From assembly GCA_045106895.1 (NCBI GenBank), contig JBGCFM010000025.1, forward strand, positions 1-64,000: DNA of 64,000 nt. Reading direction: 5' to 3'. Below, in pieces: positions 53,813 through 63,812 of this stretch; positions within the stretch are counted from its first letter, which is position 1, and the number at the start of each line of letters is the position of its first letter. Below the pieces are notes generated by a model that was given only the letters and a program-made list of their open reading frames with translations, was not told the origin of the DNA and searched no databases. The DNA is from Polyangiales bacterium. GTDB lineage: Bacteria > Myxococcota_A > Polyangia > Polyangiales > Houyiibacteriaceae. Made by a program: the position numbers and the translations under genes.

Positions 53813-54580
53813 ATGGTCTCCCCGATACGACAACACGCCGACCGGCTTGAGCAGCGCGAACTCGCCGCTGAGCGCCGTCGAGCCGCGTTGCCGACGGCGG
53901 CGAAGGAAGAGGCGAGGGGCGCGACAGGAGGCGCGGATGCGGCGCACGGTGATGCGGGGCACCGGCGCCTCGGGGCCGCCGAGCGAAGTGAGATTGCCCA
54001 CGATATTGCCAAAGACGTCATGGGACCGGGCGCAGGCAAGGAAGAGGAAGGACAAGAGCTCTCAGCGGACGAAGCGGCAAAGATCGACAAGCTTCGAAAG
54101 CGAGATGCGGAGGTACGTCGTCACGAAATGGCACACGCTTCCGCCGGGGGGGCACACGCCGGAGCGCCCAACTACGATTTGGAGCGCGGTCCGGATGGGT
54201 CCATGTACGCCGTCGGTGGACACGTTCGCATCGATGTGAGTCCCGTCGCGGGTGACCCAGCAGCGACGCTACGCAAGATGCAGCAGGTTCGTCGCGCCGC
54301 CCTTGCGCCGGCGGAGCCTTCTCCGCAAGACCGCCGCGTGGCCTCGCGGGCCGCCGCCGAAGAAGCGAAAGCGCGCACCGCACTGCGCGAAGAGCAGGTG
54401 CAGGAAGCGCGCGCCCAACGAGAGTCGCCGCCGATTCCTCAAGAGGGCGAAGAAGGCGAAGTGGCGCTCGCTACGCCGGAGAAACGAGAGCCCCTCGCAG
54501 CCAGCGGCCGCGGCGGGTTCTCGATCATGACGCTTCATGCGGAGCGCGCGTATCGGCGAAGCGACCCGCCTCCACGCTAG
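53813..54580 (+). CDS. SprA-related family putative metalloprotease
   Basis: RDAEVRRHEMAH (HExxH), GPDG..YAVGGHV and RAALAPAEPSPQD. Confidence 0.88.
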   Translation: MVSPIRQHADRLEQRELAAERRRAALPTAAKEEARGATGGADAAHGDAGHRRLGAAERSEIAHDIAKDVMGPGAGKEEEGQELSADEAAKIDKLRKRDAEVRRHEMAHASAGGAHAGAPNYDLERGPDGSMYAVGGHVRIDVSPVAGDPAATLRKMQQVRRAALAPAEPSPQDRRVASRAAAEEAKARTALREEQVQEARAQRESPPIPQEGEEGEVALATPEKREPLAASGRGGFSIMTLHAERAYRRSDPPPR

Positions 54581-54600
54581 GATGCGCTAGGCTCCGAATC

Positions 54601-56064
54601 ATGTGCCGCGTCGTTCCCACGCTGATGCTCCTGCTGGTGTCCGCTTGCGCCGCCGAAGTCGATCCCATGGAGCCCGCGCCTGGCTGCCGCGCGCGGCAAG
54701 TTTCGACGCCCTTGGCACCCGAGACCGCCGAGATGGTTGATGTTCTCTTCGTCATCGACACGTCCTCCGACAACTATTCCGAGCAAGCCGTATTCGCGAA
54801 CGCCCTCCCAGGCTTCATGGACACGCTCGCCGGCACGGGCGAGTTCTCCCCGGACATTCACGTGGGCTTCATCACCGCTGACCTCGGAACGGGCGGCCAC
54901 GTGGTTCCCACCTGCGAAGAGCCAAACTTCGGGGATGACGCGCGACTTCACCGTACCCTCGCAAGTTCCTGCGCGGACGACCTCTCCCCCGTCGGCGACG
55001 CGCCTTACTTGAGCTTTCGCGCGGACTCCACCCAGAGTTTGGAGGACCTGACGAGAGAAGCCGTGTGCATCACGTATGGCTACGAGGGCTGCGGACTCGA
55101 GCAGCCTTTGGACGCTGTGCTCAAGGCGCTGACTCCGTCGGCGAGTTCGCTCCGCTTCGCCGGAGGCACCCTCGGCCACGCTAGTGAAGCGAACGATGGA
55201 TTTCTACGGGAGGACGCGGTCCTGGCCGTAGTGCTCTTGGCGAACGAGGACGACTGCTCGGTCCGCGACGCGGAACTCTTCGACCGAACGAGCACTGTGT
55301 ACACGGAGCCGGACCTGTCTCTCCGCTGCTTCCTCCACGAGGACGCGCTCCATCCCCTCGCGCGCTACGTGGAGGGGCTCCTCGCCGTACGTCCGGCAGA
55401 GCGCCTTGTGTTCGCAGCTATCGCAGGGGTGCCAGAGGAGATCGCTTCCAGCGCTGAGTCTACGCCGTGGGATTTGCTGGTGGGCGACGCGTCGGTCCGA
55501 GACCCAAGAATGATCGTCACCGTCGACGCTGCCACAGGAACTGGACGATGCGCCGCGTGCGGACATGTCGGACGTGGTGAGTCACACGCCGCCGTGCGCA
55601 TCGCGAGCGTCGCCCGCGACTTGGAAGCGAGGGGCGTACGCACCGGCGTGCACTCCATCTGCGCTGAGACCTACGAGCCCGCGATGTCGATCATCGCCGA
55701 CCAGATCCTCGAAGCCATGAGTGGAGCGTGTCTCGACATGAGTCTGGATGTCGACGAAGAGGGGAGCGCTCGGTGCGATGTCGTCGAGGCGCCCAGCGAC
55801 GGCGTCTGCGAAGGGCGTCACGGCCGGGTGCCTTGGGGGGTGAGCGAAGACGGCACATCGCTCTGCAAACTCTGCCGAGGCGACGGGGAGGGCCACGTCA
55901 TCGACGATGACCCAGCGTGCCGGGCCCTTGGCCAGGCCGGGTGGAGCGTCCGCGCCAGCTCTGTCTGTTCCGATGCCCAAAGCGTGGCGTTTGCCCCCTT
56001 GCTTCCAACGTCCCCGCGCCTGCTCTGCCCAGACCCGGACCCGACTTCGCGTGTTTGCGACTGA
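54601..56064 (+). CDS. Myxobacterial vWA-like lipoprotein (CglB-like family)
   Basis: Lipobox VSAC, VDVLFVIDTS, GCGLEQPL, GFLREDAVLAVVLLANEDDCS and HSIC. Confidence 0.8.
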   Translation: MCRVVPTLMLLLVSACAAEVDPMEPAPGCRARQVSTPLAPETAEMVDVLFVIDTSSDNYSEQAVFANALPGFMDTLAGTGEFSPDIHVGFITADLGTGGHVVPTCEEPNFGDDARLHRTLASSCADDLSPVGDAPYLSFRADSTQSLEDLTREAVCITYGYEGCGLEQPLDAVLKALTPSASSLRFAGGTLGHASEANDGFLREDAVLAVVLLANEDDCSVRDAELFDRTSTVYTEPDLSLRCFLHEDALHPLARYVEGLLAVRPAERLVFAAIAGVPEEIASSAESTPWDLLVGDASVRDPRMIVTVDAATGTGRCAACGHVGRGESHAAVRIASVARDLEARGVRTGVHSICAETYEPAMSIIADQILEAMSGACLDMSLDVDEEGSARCDVVEAPSDGVCEGRHGRVPWGVSEDGTSLCKLCRGDGEGHVIDDDPACRALGQAGWSVRASSVCSDAQSVAFAPLLPTSPRLLCPDPDPTSRVCD

Positions 56065-56182
56065 CGACTTCACTAGCCACGAGGACTTGAGTCACCAGCC
56101 AGATCCGACGAAGTAAGGGCCAAAAGTCGGGAAAGTGACGGTGCTTTACTTGGAACGACTCTTGCGAAAGCACGTCGCACCC

Positions 56183-57343
56183 ATGAACACCACACTTCGC
56201 ATCGCCCTCCTTCTGTCCCTCGCTTGGAGCGGCTGTGCCGCGGACACCGCGGACGCCTACGACCCGGATTTTGACGCGAACGAGCCCACCGCGGGCGGCA
56301 AGGCCGACGGGATTTTCGACATCATCCCCGCCATTGGTTTCGGCGACACGGTAACGGGAGCCCTCGAGGGCGACGACGTGGAGTTCTACAGCATCCGGCT
56401 TCGCCGCACGGACGACATCAGCATCTCCATGACCGCTGAAGGAGGCGCCTTTGGCCCGCATGTCTCGGTCTACTACGGGTCCAGCACCTACGTGTCTTCG
56501 GACGAGTTCGACCTTGATGGTGACACCGTCAACAAGACCTACCGCCTCGAGGGAGAGGGGACTTACCTCATCGCCGCACGCGTCTACCGCAACAGCGGCG
56601 GCGGCAACTACAACCTGACGCTCACCTGCAACGACGGCCCATGCGCGGGGAACTTCCCTGACCCGGTATCACTTCTTGACGTGGATGCCGTCGCGGGTTG
56701 CATTGAGACCGCCCATCGCTGCGCTTTTGACGCGCTCCCGGCCTACGACGGCCGGGTCGGTGCAGCGCGCTCCAACCAGATTTTCCAGGAGTGCCTGAAC
56801 GACGCGTCCACCGACGACGGCGAGTCTTGTAGCGACGTTTGCGCGTGGGAAAACCCCGACGACGACTGGGACACGGCGCGCACGCTCTGCGACCTCATCG
56901 TCGAGGACCTGCCATTCTACGCGGACCAGAACGCAGCCTGTCACTCCGAGGTCTTCTACTGCATGAGCGACTGCACAAGCGACAGCTTCGCGGGCGACGC
57001 AGACGAACTCGCGTACTCCGCCATCGGAAATTGCTGGGAGGGTGTTCTCAACGGCGACTGCGATAGCTACGCCCGCGATTCTGAGGCCTGCGGTGGCACG
57101 ATCCTCGCGGGTTCGGCGGGTGAGTGCGACAACTTCTGCGAGTCGACGGTAGGCGCTTGGACCGACGACATCAGCGACATCTGCGGCTACGACTCGGGTT
57201 GCGACGACTATTGCGATGTCGACATCGAAGCCGCCGGCGAAGAATGCGGCGCTGTCAGCGTCGACACCCAAGACTGCTACCTGGGGTGGTTCGATGACCA
57301 CAACGCGTACGTCTGCGAGGGCGTCCTCGAAGACATGATCTAG
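56183..57343 (+). CDS. Lipoprotein with GKAD motif, PPC-like domain and Cys-rich acidic C-terminus
   Basis: Lipobox WSGC, GGKADG and GTYLIAA...GNYNLTLTC. Start moved to ATG 56183. Confidence 0.8.
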   Translation: MNTTLRIALLLSLAWSGCAADTADAYDPDFDANEPTAGGKADGIFDIIPAIGFGDTVTGALEGDDVEFYSIRLRRTDDISISMTAEGGAFGPHVSVYYGSSTYVSSDEFDLDGDTVNKTYRLEGEGTYLIAARVYRNSGGGNYNLTLTCNDGPCAGNFPDPVSLLDVDAVAGCIETAHRCAFDALPAYDGRVGAARSNQIFQECLNDASTDDGESCSDVCAWENPDDDWDTARTLCDLIVEDLPFYADQNAACHSEVFYCMSDCTSDSFAGDADELAYSAIGNCWEGVLNGDCDSYARDSEACGGTILAGSAGECDNFCESTVGAWTDDISDICGYDSGCDDYCDVDIEAAGEECGAVSVDTQDCYLGWFDDHNAYVCEGVLEDMI

Positions 57344-58479
57344 TCTTCCAAAGCACGGAGAGCAGGGTGTAGACACATCAGCGCCGACAGAATGCCGAGT
57401 GCGGCACCTGCGGCGCTGATTGCAATTTCGAGGCTCGCGAAGCGCGCGACGAAGCCGATGCCGAGGGACAGCCCGGCGAAGCCAAAGTACCCGACCAAGA
57501 AGTAGCCGGAGACACTGCGCGAGCGCTCGCCGTCCGTCGCCGATGCGGCCACGGCGCGCAGGCCGCCTGCGAAGGTGAAGCCATGGCTCGCGACGCCTCC
57601 AGCCACGGCGCCGAGGCACAGCAGCGCGGCGGATCGAGTCCACGCTCCGGCGGCGAGGATGATGAAGGCGGCGCATTGAATGAGCGCCCCGATGCGAATC
57701 GCCAACCTTGGTGCGAGCTTTCCTCCCTTCCGCTGTGCCAGGGCTCCGGCGGCGAGCATCCCGAAGACCGCGGGGCCGCTGTACTGGATGGCGCCGAGAG
57801 GGCGCAGGACGAGCGGCAAGATCGAAAGCACGACGCCGGCCACGCCCCATCCGAGGCCCAAGGCTGCGCCGTAGAGCCAAACCCCTCCGCGCAAGATCGG
57901 GCTCTGTTTCTTCGTCGGCGCGCTGGACTCCAGTGGTACCGCCGCCGGAAGGGAGAAGACGCCGACCAGAGCGACACCGAGGAGCACGGCCATGCCAAGG
58001 TAAGAAGGGGGCGTGCGTGAAGCGCCGTCGCCGAGAAGGCTTGTGGCCATGGGGCCAGACCCGAAGCCGAGTGTCGTCGCCAACGCTGTCACGGACGCGC
58101 CGCGTGCTGGCGTCACCACTTGCGCGACCCACACCGTCACCGCCGGCATGGCGATGGCGATGGCGACTCCCTGGAGAACACGCGCCACGAATAGCGGCGT
58201 CAGGGTGGGCGAGAGGAGAACGAGGCCCGTCGCCACAAGTCCAAGGGCCAGGGAACTCAGCACGACGGGGCGCGGCCCGCGAAGCTCTGGGAGGCCGCCG
58301 AAGAAGAGGAAGACCGGGAGCAGACCCGCGACGTACGCCGCGAAGACGAAGGTGACGGCGGGTTGCGAGAGGCCCGCGTCGCGAACGTAGAGTTCGAACA
58401 GAGGAGCCTGCAGGTTGACCGACGCCGCAACGCAGAAGAGCGCGAAGAAAAGCGTGGCTTGTACGCGAGACGAACCCAC
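57340..58479 (-). CDS. MFS transporter
   Basis: About 12 TMs, NLQAPLF, FAAYVAGL, ELRGPRPV and ARVLQG. Confidence 0.9.
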   Translation of the reverse strand: MGSSRVQATLFFALFCVAASVNLQAPLFELYVRDAGLSQPAVTFVFAAYVAGLLPVFLFFGGLPELRGPRPVVLSSLALGLVATGLVLLSPTLTPLFVARVLQGVAIAIAMPAVTVWVAQVVTPARGASVTALATTLGFGSGPMATSLLGDGASRTPPSYLGMAVLLGVALVGVFSLPAAVPLESSAPTKKQSPILRGGVWLYGAALGLGWGVAGVVLSILPLVLRPLGAIQYSGPAVFGMLAAGALAQRKGGKLAPRLAIRIGALIQCAAFIILAAGAWTRSAALLCLGAVAGGVASHGFTFAGGLRAVAASATDGERSRSVSGYFLVGYFGFAGLSLGIGFVARFASLEIAISAAGAALGILSALMCLHPALRALED

Positions 58480-58601
58480 CGCCGCGCTATAGCGCCCGGG
58501 ATTACGCTGTCCACGGATGAGGCAGGACTTTACTTAGCCTACGCTCCAAGACAGCATGCGGTGAGCGATGGACGCCCTGTTGGGGTCCGCGCGCGCAGAC
58601 T

Positions 58602-59366
58602 ATGCCGCCGGAAAAAAAGAACCCACTCGGTCCCATGCTCCTCGCCGGGATGTTCGCCGTACCTGGCTTCGTCACGTGGGTCATCGCGTTGGACGACTCC
58701 GGCAGCTTCGAGGACGACTGGGTCCTCATCTGCATGTCGCTGCTTGTATTGGCCGCGATCAGCCTCGCTGTTGCCGGCAAGTTTGTCTTCGGCTTGGTGG
58801 GCGCCGCCGCAGGGCTCTTGGCGGGCTTTGGCATCAGCGCAGGGCTCTTCTACGTGCTCAGCGGATCGATTCAAGAGCGCCAGGCCTACCGCCACGAAGT
58901 GGAGCGCTTGCGGCTGACGAGTGCGTTCTGCGAAGGGGCCGCTCAAGCGTTTCCCGAGGCTCCTCCTTTCACCGTGGGCACTCGCGGCGGCATGGTCGTC
59001 TATACGAATCGGGCAGGGCGCCTGAGCCGGAGCTTCTCGGTGGAGTTCAGCCCTTGGTCACCGTCTCCTGCGTTTATCGGCCAGACGACGCTCGTCGCTT
59101 GCATCGAGGACGTGGATGCGGAACTCGAGGTGTGCCGCTACGCAGGGGGACGAAGTGTTCGCCGCGTGCGCCGTGACCGCCAAGTCCGCCTCTTCTCACT
59201 GCACACCGGCTCTGTCGTCGCGGAGGTGGCACTCCCAGGCTCGCAGCCCGACGCCTGCGGCTTGATCGAGGAGTTTGCCGCCGAGTCCGCCGACGAGATC
59301 AAAGCAGGCAGCACGCCGAACGACGAGACCGTCGCGACGTTCCTGCGAAGCTACATCGCGCCGTAG
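58602..59366 (+). CDS. Hypothetical membrane protein
   Basis: Three N-terminal TMs followed by a soluble Cys-containing domain. Confidence 0.7.
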   Translation: MPPEKKNPLGPMLLAGMFAVPGFVTWVIALDDSGSFEDDWVLICMSLLVLAAISLAVAGKFVFGLVGAAAGLLAGFGISAGLFYVLSGSIQERQAYRHEVERLRLTSAFCEGAAQAFPEAPPFTVGTRGGMVVYTNRAGRLSRSFSVEFSPWSPSPAFIGQTTLVACIEDVDAELEVCRYAGGRSVRRVRRDRQVRLFSLHTGSVVAEVALPGSQPDACGLIEEFAAESADEIKAGSTPNDETVATFLRSYIAP

Positions 59367-59417
59367 GCGCGCTGTCGAAGGTAAGGTCTTTGTTTCTGTG
59401 GATGCTATGGTCCCTCG

Positions 59418-60074
59418 ATGCGCTTTCTTCTGATTCTTCTTTTGGTCGCCGCGTGCGGCGATGATGACCGTTCCACGGGAGATGCGGCGGCCGCCGATGT
59501 CAGCCAGAGCGACACTTCGCTCGGGGACGTGAGCGAGAGCGACACCGGCGGTGAGGACTCGGGCGCCGGCGACTCGGGCGCCGGCGACGCCGCTGTTGGA
59601 GATGCGGGGGACGATGCCGCCGGCGCGATGGACGGATCCACGCCGAGTGATGTTGGCGCGCCTATGGACAGCGGCCTCCCGGACAGCGGCCTTCCGGACG
59701 CGCTGTCCGACGTCCCGATGACGTCGCCGGGCCCGCTTCAGTGTCGCGCGAGCGCCGACTGCAGTGGCCCAGCCGCGGCTTGCCAGCTTGGCGCTCCAGG
59801 CGGCGTGTGTACCGGCTGTGGCAACGACGACGATTGCTCGGCATCCGCTTCATGCTTCGTGGGCTCGTGCGTGGTGGACTGTGATGACGACACCGACTGC
59901 AACGCGGGTTTCCGCTGCCTCGGGTCTGGGCGTTGCGCCATCCGCAGCTGCACCACGAACGCCGACTGCGGCCCCTACGAATGCCGCGGCGGGCAATGCG
60001 CTCGCTGGCGATGCGGTGACGCTCCCTGTCCGGCGGGCTTCATGTGCGCGGGCGACGTCTGCATCGAGAACTAA
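59418..60074 (+). CDS. Cys-rich lipoprotein with DAG/DSG linker
   Basis: Lipobox VAAC and CxxDxDC repeats. Confidence 0.85.
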   Translation: MRFLLILLLVAACGDDDRSTGDAAAADVSQSDTSLGDVSESDTGGEDSGAGDSGAGDAAVGDAGDDAAGAMDGSTPSDVGAPMDSGLPDSGLPDALSDVPMTSPGPLQCRASADCSGPAAACQLGAPGGVCTGCGNDDDCSASASCFVGSCVVDCDDDTDCNAGFRCLGSGRCAIRSCTTNADCGPYECRGGQCARWRCGDAPCPAGFMCAGDVCIEN

Positions 60075-60129
60075 CCCTGACTAGATGCCGAGCGCTTGCG
60101 CAGGTCCTCGGGTGCCTCAGGGTCGAGGC

Positions 60130-60492
60130 ATGAGCGACGCAAAGAACGTACTTGGCCATCCCCTTGAGCCTTGCTCCACAAAGCCGATGACAGGCTGGTT
60201 CCGTGACGGCAGCTGCCGCACGGACGCCCGGGACCGTGGCGCCCACGTGGTGTGCGCGCGTGTGAACGATGAGTTCCTCACGTACTCGAAAGAGCAAGGG
60301 AATGACCTGGTGACACCTCGCGATGGCTTCCCGGGGCTAAAGTCCGGCGACTGCTGGTGCCTCTGCGCCGCGCGTTTCGCCGAAGCGGACAAGGCCGGGT
60401 CCGCGCCCGGCGTTTCGCTACGCTCTACGGAGCAGAGCGCCCTTCGCATCGTGCCGCTAGAGACCCTCGTCCGCCACTCCGTCGACGACTAA
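60130..60492 (+). CDS. DUF2237 family protein
   Basis: NVLG..LEPC..PMTGWFRDG.C, H.VCA, GNDL.TP and LKSGDCWCLCA.R. Confidence 0.93.
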   Translation: MSDAKNVLGHPLEPCSTKPMTGWFRDGSCRTDARDRGAHVVCARVNDEFLTYSKEQGNDLVTPRDGFPGLKSGDCWCLCAARFAEADKAGSAPGVSLRSTEQSALRIVPLETLVRHSVDD

Positions 60493-60541
60493 CCCCAGAG
60501 TTCGATCGGGCGAACGCGGGCGTTAGGCCCTCACCGAGAAA

Positions 60542-63500
60542 CTACTCGTCGTCGCAGAACTGGGCGAGGCCGCGTTCACAGCACGAGGCTCGTTCCATGT
60601 AGCCAAGCCCGCAAAGGCGCTCGAGCGTTGCGCTGTCCATCTCGACGCTGTCCGCCGTCGCAGCGCCTTCTCGGGCGATGGTCTGCATCGCTTCGAGGAC
60701 GGTCTGAAGATGGGCGACCTCGTCCTCGTTCGCGCCCGCGACGTTCTGCGTTTCGCCCATGTCGTCGGCGACGTTGTAGAGTTCGATGGGCTCCAGCCCA
60801 CGTGGGTTGCCCGTGTTGGCCCAGATGATCTTTCGCTCATCCGTTCCGCGTCGTTCGCGAATAGACTCGAGGATGTTTCCTTCGTGGCTCTCCTCCGCGT
60901 ACACGGTGTCGGTGCCTTCGAAGATGTCGCCGCCTTGGCCGCCTTCGGGGACGTCGAGGCCGACCTGCCGCAGAACGCTCGGCATCAGGTCGATGCTTTG
61001 GACCCAGTGACGCACCGTGGTGCCGCCACGCCGGTTCTCCGGGAGCTTCACCAAGAGAGGCACACGGATCTGCTCGTCGTAGAGCGTGGTGCCGTGCCAG
61101 AAGCCGCCGTGCTCGCAGAACTCTTCGCCGTGGTCGGCGGTGATGACGATGGTGAGGTCGTCGTAGAGGCCGCGGCGCTTGAGCTCTTCGATGAGCTCGC
61201 CGAAGTGACGGTCCCAGAAGGTGATCTCTCCGTCGTAGAGGCCCCGAAGGCGGTCTGCTTCCTCGGGGTCTGGCTCCTGGTGGGCGGCGCGTGAATAGCC
61301 GCGACCATCGTAGGGGTGCTCGTAGTAGGGGTCGTGGGGATCCATATAGCCGACGAAGGAGTAGAAGGGCCGCTCGTCTCCTTCGCGGGCATCGAGCCAT
61401 CCGAGGAGCTCGCGGTTGACCACCTCCGCGTCGCGGTAGGTGCTGTCTGGATCGACCTGCCCGCGGGCCGCTTTCCACTTCTCGATCTTCTGCCGGAGAA
61501 ACTGGATGAGCAGGAGCTTCGCCGCCGAGTCGTCCGCGCCGAGGACAAACTCGGGCTCCAAGAAGCGGTAGCTGTCGAAGCCCTGGTGGAAGTTGAAGTA
61601 GGGGCCCACGTTGAAGTTCGTGACGAGGCCACCGGTGTGATAACCGCCATCGCGCATCGCTTCGGCGAGGGTCACGATCTCGTCGGGGAGCGCATCGGCC
61701 TTGGCCATCACGCCGTGGTTGGAGGGCAAGCGGCCCGTCATGATGGAGGCGAAGCTCGGACGTGTCCAAGACGCGTTGGCGAAGGCCATGTCGAAGCGCA
61801 CGGCGTCTTGAGCGAAGGCGTCGAGAGCCGGGGTGGAGCCGCTATCGTAGCCGTAGCTCGGCAGGTGGTCGGCGCGGAGCGTATCGACGACGATGAAGAG
61901 CACGTTGCCCGCTGTGGGCGGCGCCTCGGGACGCTCGTAGACCTCCGCGGACGCGCTATCGCCGCTGAACATCGCCGCGAGGACGAGGACTCCACAGAGT
62001 GATGCGGCGACGGCAAACGAGCCCCAGACCCGAAGCATGATCTGACCGGGCTTGCGTGCGACGACCCAACGCAGGACGCCTTGGAGGATGAAGCCGACGC
62101 CAACGGCGACGAGGAGACAGCCGAGCAAGACAGCGATTCCCTGGCCGCTCTTCCAAACGAGCTCCTCGTGGTAGACATCGCGGCGAATCCGGAACGCGCC
62201 CAACGCAAAACCGAAGAGGCCCACGAGGAACGCGGTGATCTTCGCGTAGGCTTCAGGTTCCGGCGCGGCGCGGCGGCCCTTCCAGCGAAAGGGTAGCTTC
62301 ATGAAGGTCACGCTGAAGTCGTCGCGGCCGCTCAAGGCCAAGCCCCAGCCCATGCCGGCGCCGGCGAGGGCACAGAAGAGCCCGTATGCCACGGCGCCGT
62401 AGGCCATGACGCCAAAGTTTGCCGCGCCGTTGCCGCCGAGGATGATCACGAGTCCTTCGCCGGCGCCGATGAGGACGCCCGCCAAGAGCCCTGCCCCAAG
62501 ACCGAGGGCGAGCCCACGCATAGGCTTGGGCTGCTCCGCCAAAGGCACGTCTTCTTCGGCGGCATATGCCTCGTCTTCGCGCTTGTCGTCTTCGATCTCG
62601 AAGTGCGGCTTGTATCCGCTGCGACGCGCGAGAAACACGAGGCCACCGAAGGCGCTGACGAACATTTCGCAGCAGAAGCCGACAATGGGGATGAGAACGG
62701 CGAGGGCGAGGGGAAGCCCGATGGCCGGGCTCGTATAAAGCGCAACGGCGGCGGTTTCGCGCAGGCCCATGCCGTTGATGGATGCGGGGATCAGCGTTGC
62801 GAAGATCTGAAGCGAGCTGGCGAAGAAGACCTCACCAACGCCGAGTTCGACGCCGAGCGCGCGAGCAGCGCACACGTAGATCATGTTGTTGAAGGCGTGA
62901 ACCGCGACGCCGCAGAGAACGGCGAAGGCCAAGGTCTTGCCTTTGCCTTTGTAGGCGCAGACCGCTTCGACGAGGGTGTGGACTTTGGGCCGAATACGCG
63001 CGGGGAGGAATACTCCAGCGCCCCAGCGGAAGAGCACAGGCTTGGAGATGAGCAGGAGGGCGACGCAGACGACGGCGAGGAAGAAGAGGTTGACGAGCAA
63101 GACGCCGTCACTTCCCAAAAAGCGCACGCCGTAGATGCTCGCGCCCATGACGACGAGGCCGAAGGCGACCTGTCCAAGGAGTGTCTCCACGGCGATGGTC
63201 GCCGTGGCGCGGGCGACCTTGCCGGTGTGTTTGCCGACGTCGTAAATGCGCCAGCCGCCGAAGCCCGTGAAGCCGCCGGGAGTGAACGCGCCGAAGAAAC
63301 GCGCGATCATGATGGAGCCGGCGAGGAAGCGAGCCGTGGGTTTGATCCCCTGGCCGTGGAGGAGCGCGCGCCACCGGAGCGCGGCGAAGGAAATTGCCGT
63401 CAGCTGCATTCCGATAGCCGCTGCGATCCAGCCCCAATGCAAATTCGCGATGTGATCACCGAGGCCCTCGGCGCCATCCCGCTGAATGATCTTCCGGAAG

Positions 63501-63661
63501 ATCAGCCAGTACGCGCCAACCGCAAAGCCGACCTTCAGAAGCGTAAAGAACGCCTTCTTCGCCGGACTCTTTGGCTTCGCGTCCTTGCCAGCGTCGTCGC
63601 CCACGCGCTCGTCCGTCTCAGCCTCGGCGGAATCCGCCGGGTTCTTTTCGTTTTCGCCCAT
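60542..63661 (-). CDS. Fusion of LPG-synthase-TM (UPF0104 flippase-like) domain and sulfatase-like (alkaline phosphatase superfamily) domain
   Basis: N-terminal ALRWRALL, FTPGG and IPASINGMGLRE. C-terminal VDTLRADH, SWTRPS, DPHDPY, YDGEI, TADHGEEF and HG..LY. Confidence 0.88.
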   Translation of the reverse strand: MGENEKNPADSAEAETDERVGDDAGKDAKPKSPAKKAFFTLLKVGFAVGAYWLIFRKIIQRDGAEGLGDHIANLHWGWIAAAIGMQLTAISFAALRWRALLHGQGIKPTARFLAGSIMIARFFGAFTPGGFTGFGGWRIYDVGKHTGKVARATATIAVETLLGQVAFGLVVMGASIYGVRFLGSDGVLLVNLFFLAVVCVALLLISKPVLFRWGAGVFLPARIRPKVHTLVEAVCAYKGKGKTLAFAVLCGVAVHAFNNMIYVCAARALGVELGVGEVFFASSLQIFATLIPASINGMGLRETAAVALYTSPAIGLPLALAVLIPIVGFCCEMFVSAFGGLVFLARRSGYKPHFEIEDDKREDEAYAAEEDVPLAEQPKPMRGLALGLGAGLLAGVLIGAGEGLVIILGGNGAANFGVMAYGAVAYGLFCALAGAGMGWGLALSGRDDFSVTFMKLPFRWKGRRAAPEPEAYAKITAFLVGLFGFALGAFRIRRDVYHEELVWKSGQGIAVLLGCLLVAVGVGFILQGVLRWVVARKPGQIMLRVWGSFAVAASLCGVLVLAAMFSGDSASAEVYERPEAPPTAGNVLFIVVDTLRADHLPSYGYDSGSTPALDAFAQDAVRFDMAFANASWTRPSFASIMTGRLPSNHGVMAKADALPDEIVTLAEAMRDGGYHTGGLVTNFNVGPYFNFHQGFDSYRFLEPEFVLGADDSAAKLLLIQFLRQKIEKWKAARGQVDPDSTYRDAEVVNRELLGWLDAREGDERPFYSFVGYMDPHDPYYEHPYDGRGYSRAAHQEPDPEEADRLRGLYDGEITFWDRHFGELIEELKRRGLYDDLTIVITADHGEEFCEHGGFWHGTTLYDEQIRVPLLVKLPENRRGGTTVRHWVQSIDLMPSVLRQVGLDVPEGGQGGDIFEGTDTVYAEESHEGNILESIRERRGTDERKIIWANTGNPRGLEPIELYNVADDMGETQNVAGANEDEVAHLQTVLEAMQTIAREGAATADSVEMDSATLERLCGLGYMERASCCERGLAQFCDDE

Positions 63662-63812
63662 ACTTCCTCACTCGAAGCGCCATTCGCCCTGGCACTCCAA
63701 GACTGAACCGCTAACCAATCCCCTGAAATGGGTCAACTTCCCGGCGATATTCCCGCCCTCAATGTTTGTCGGAATCTTGCCGGCGTCCGCAGAGGTTGAT
63801 AGCTGCGACACC

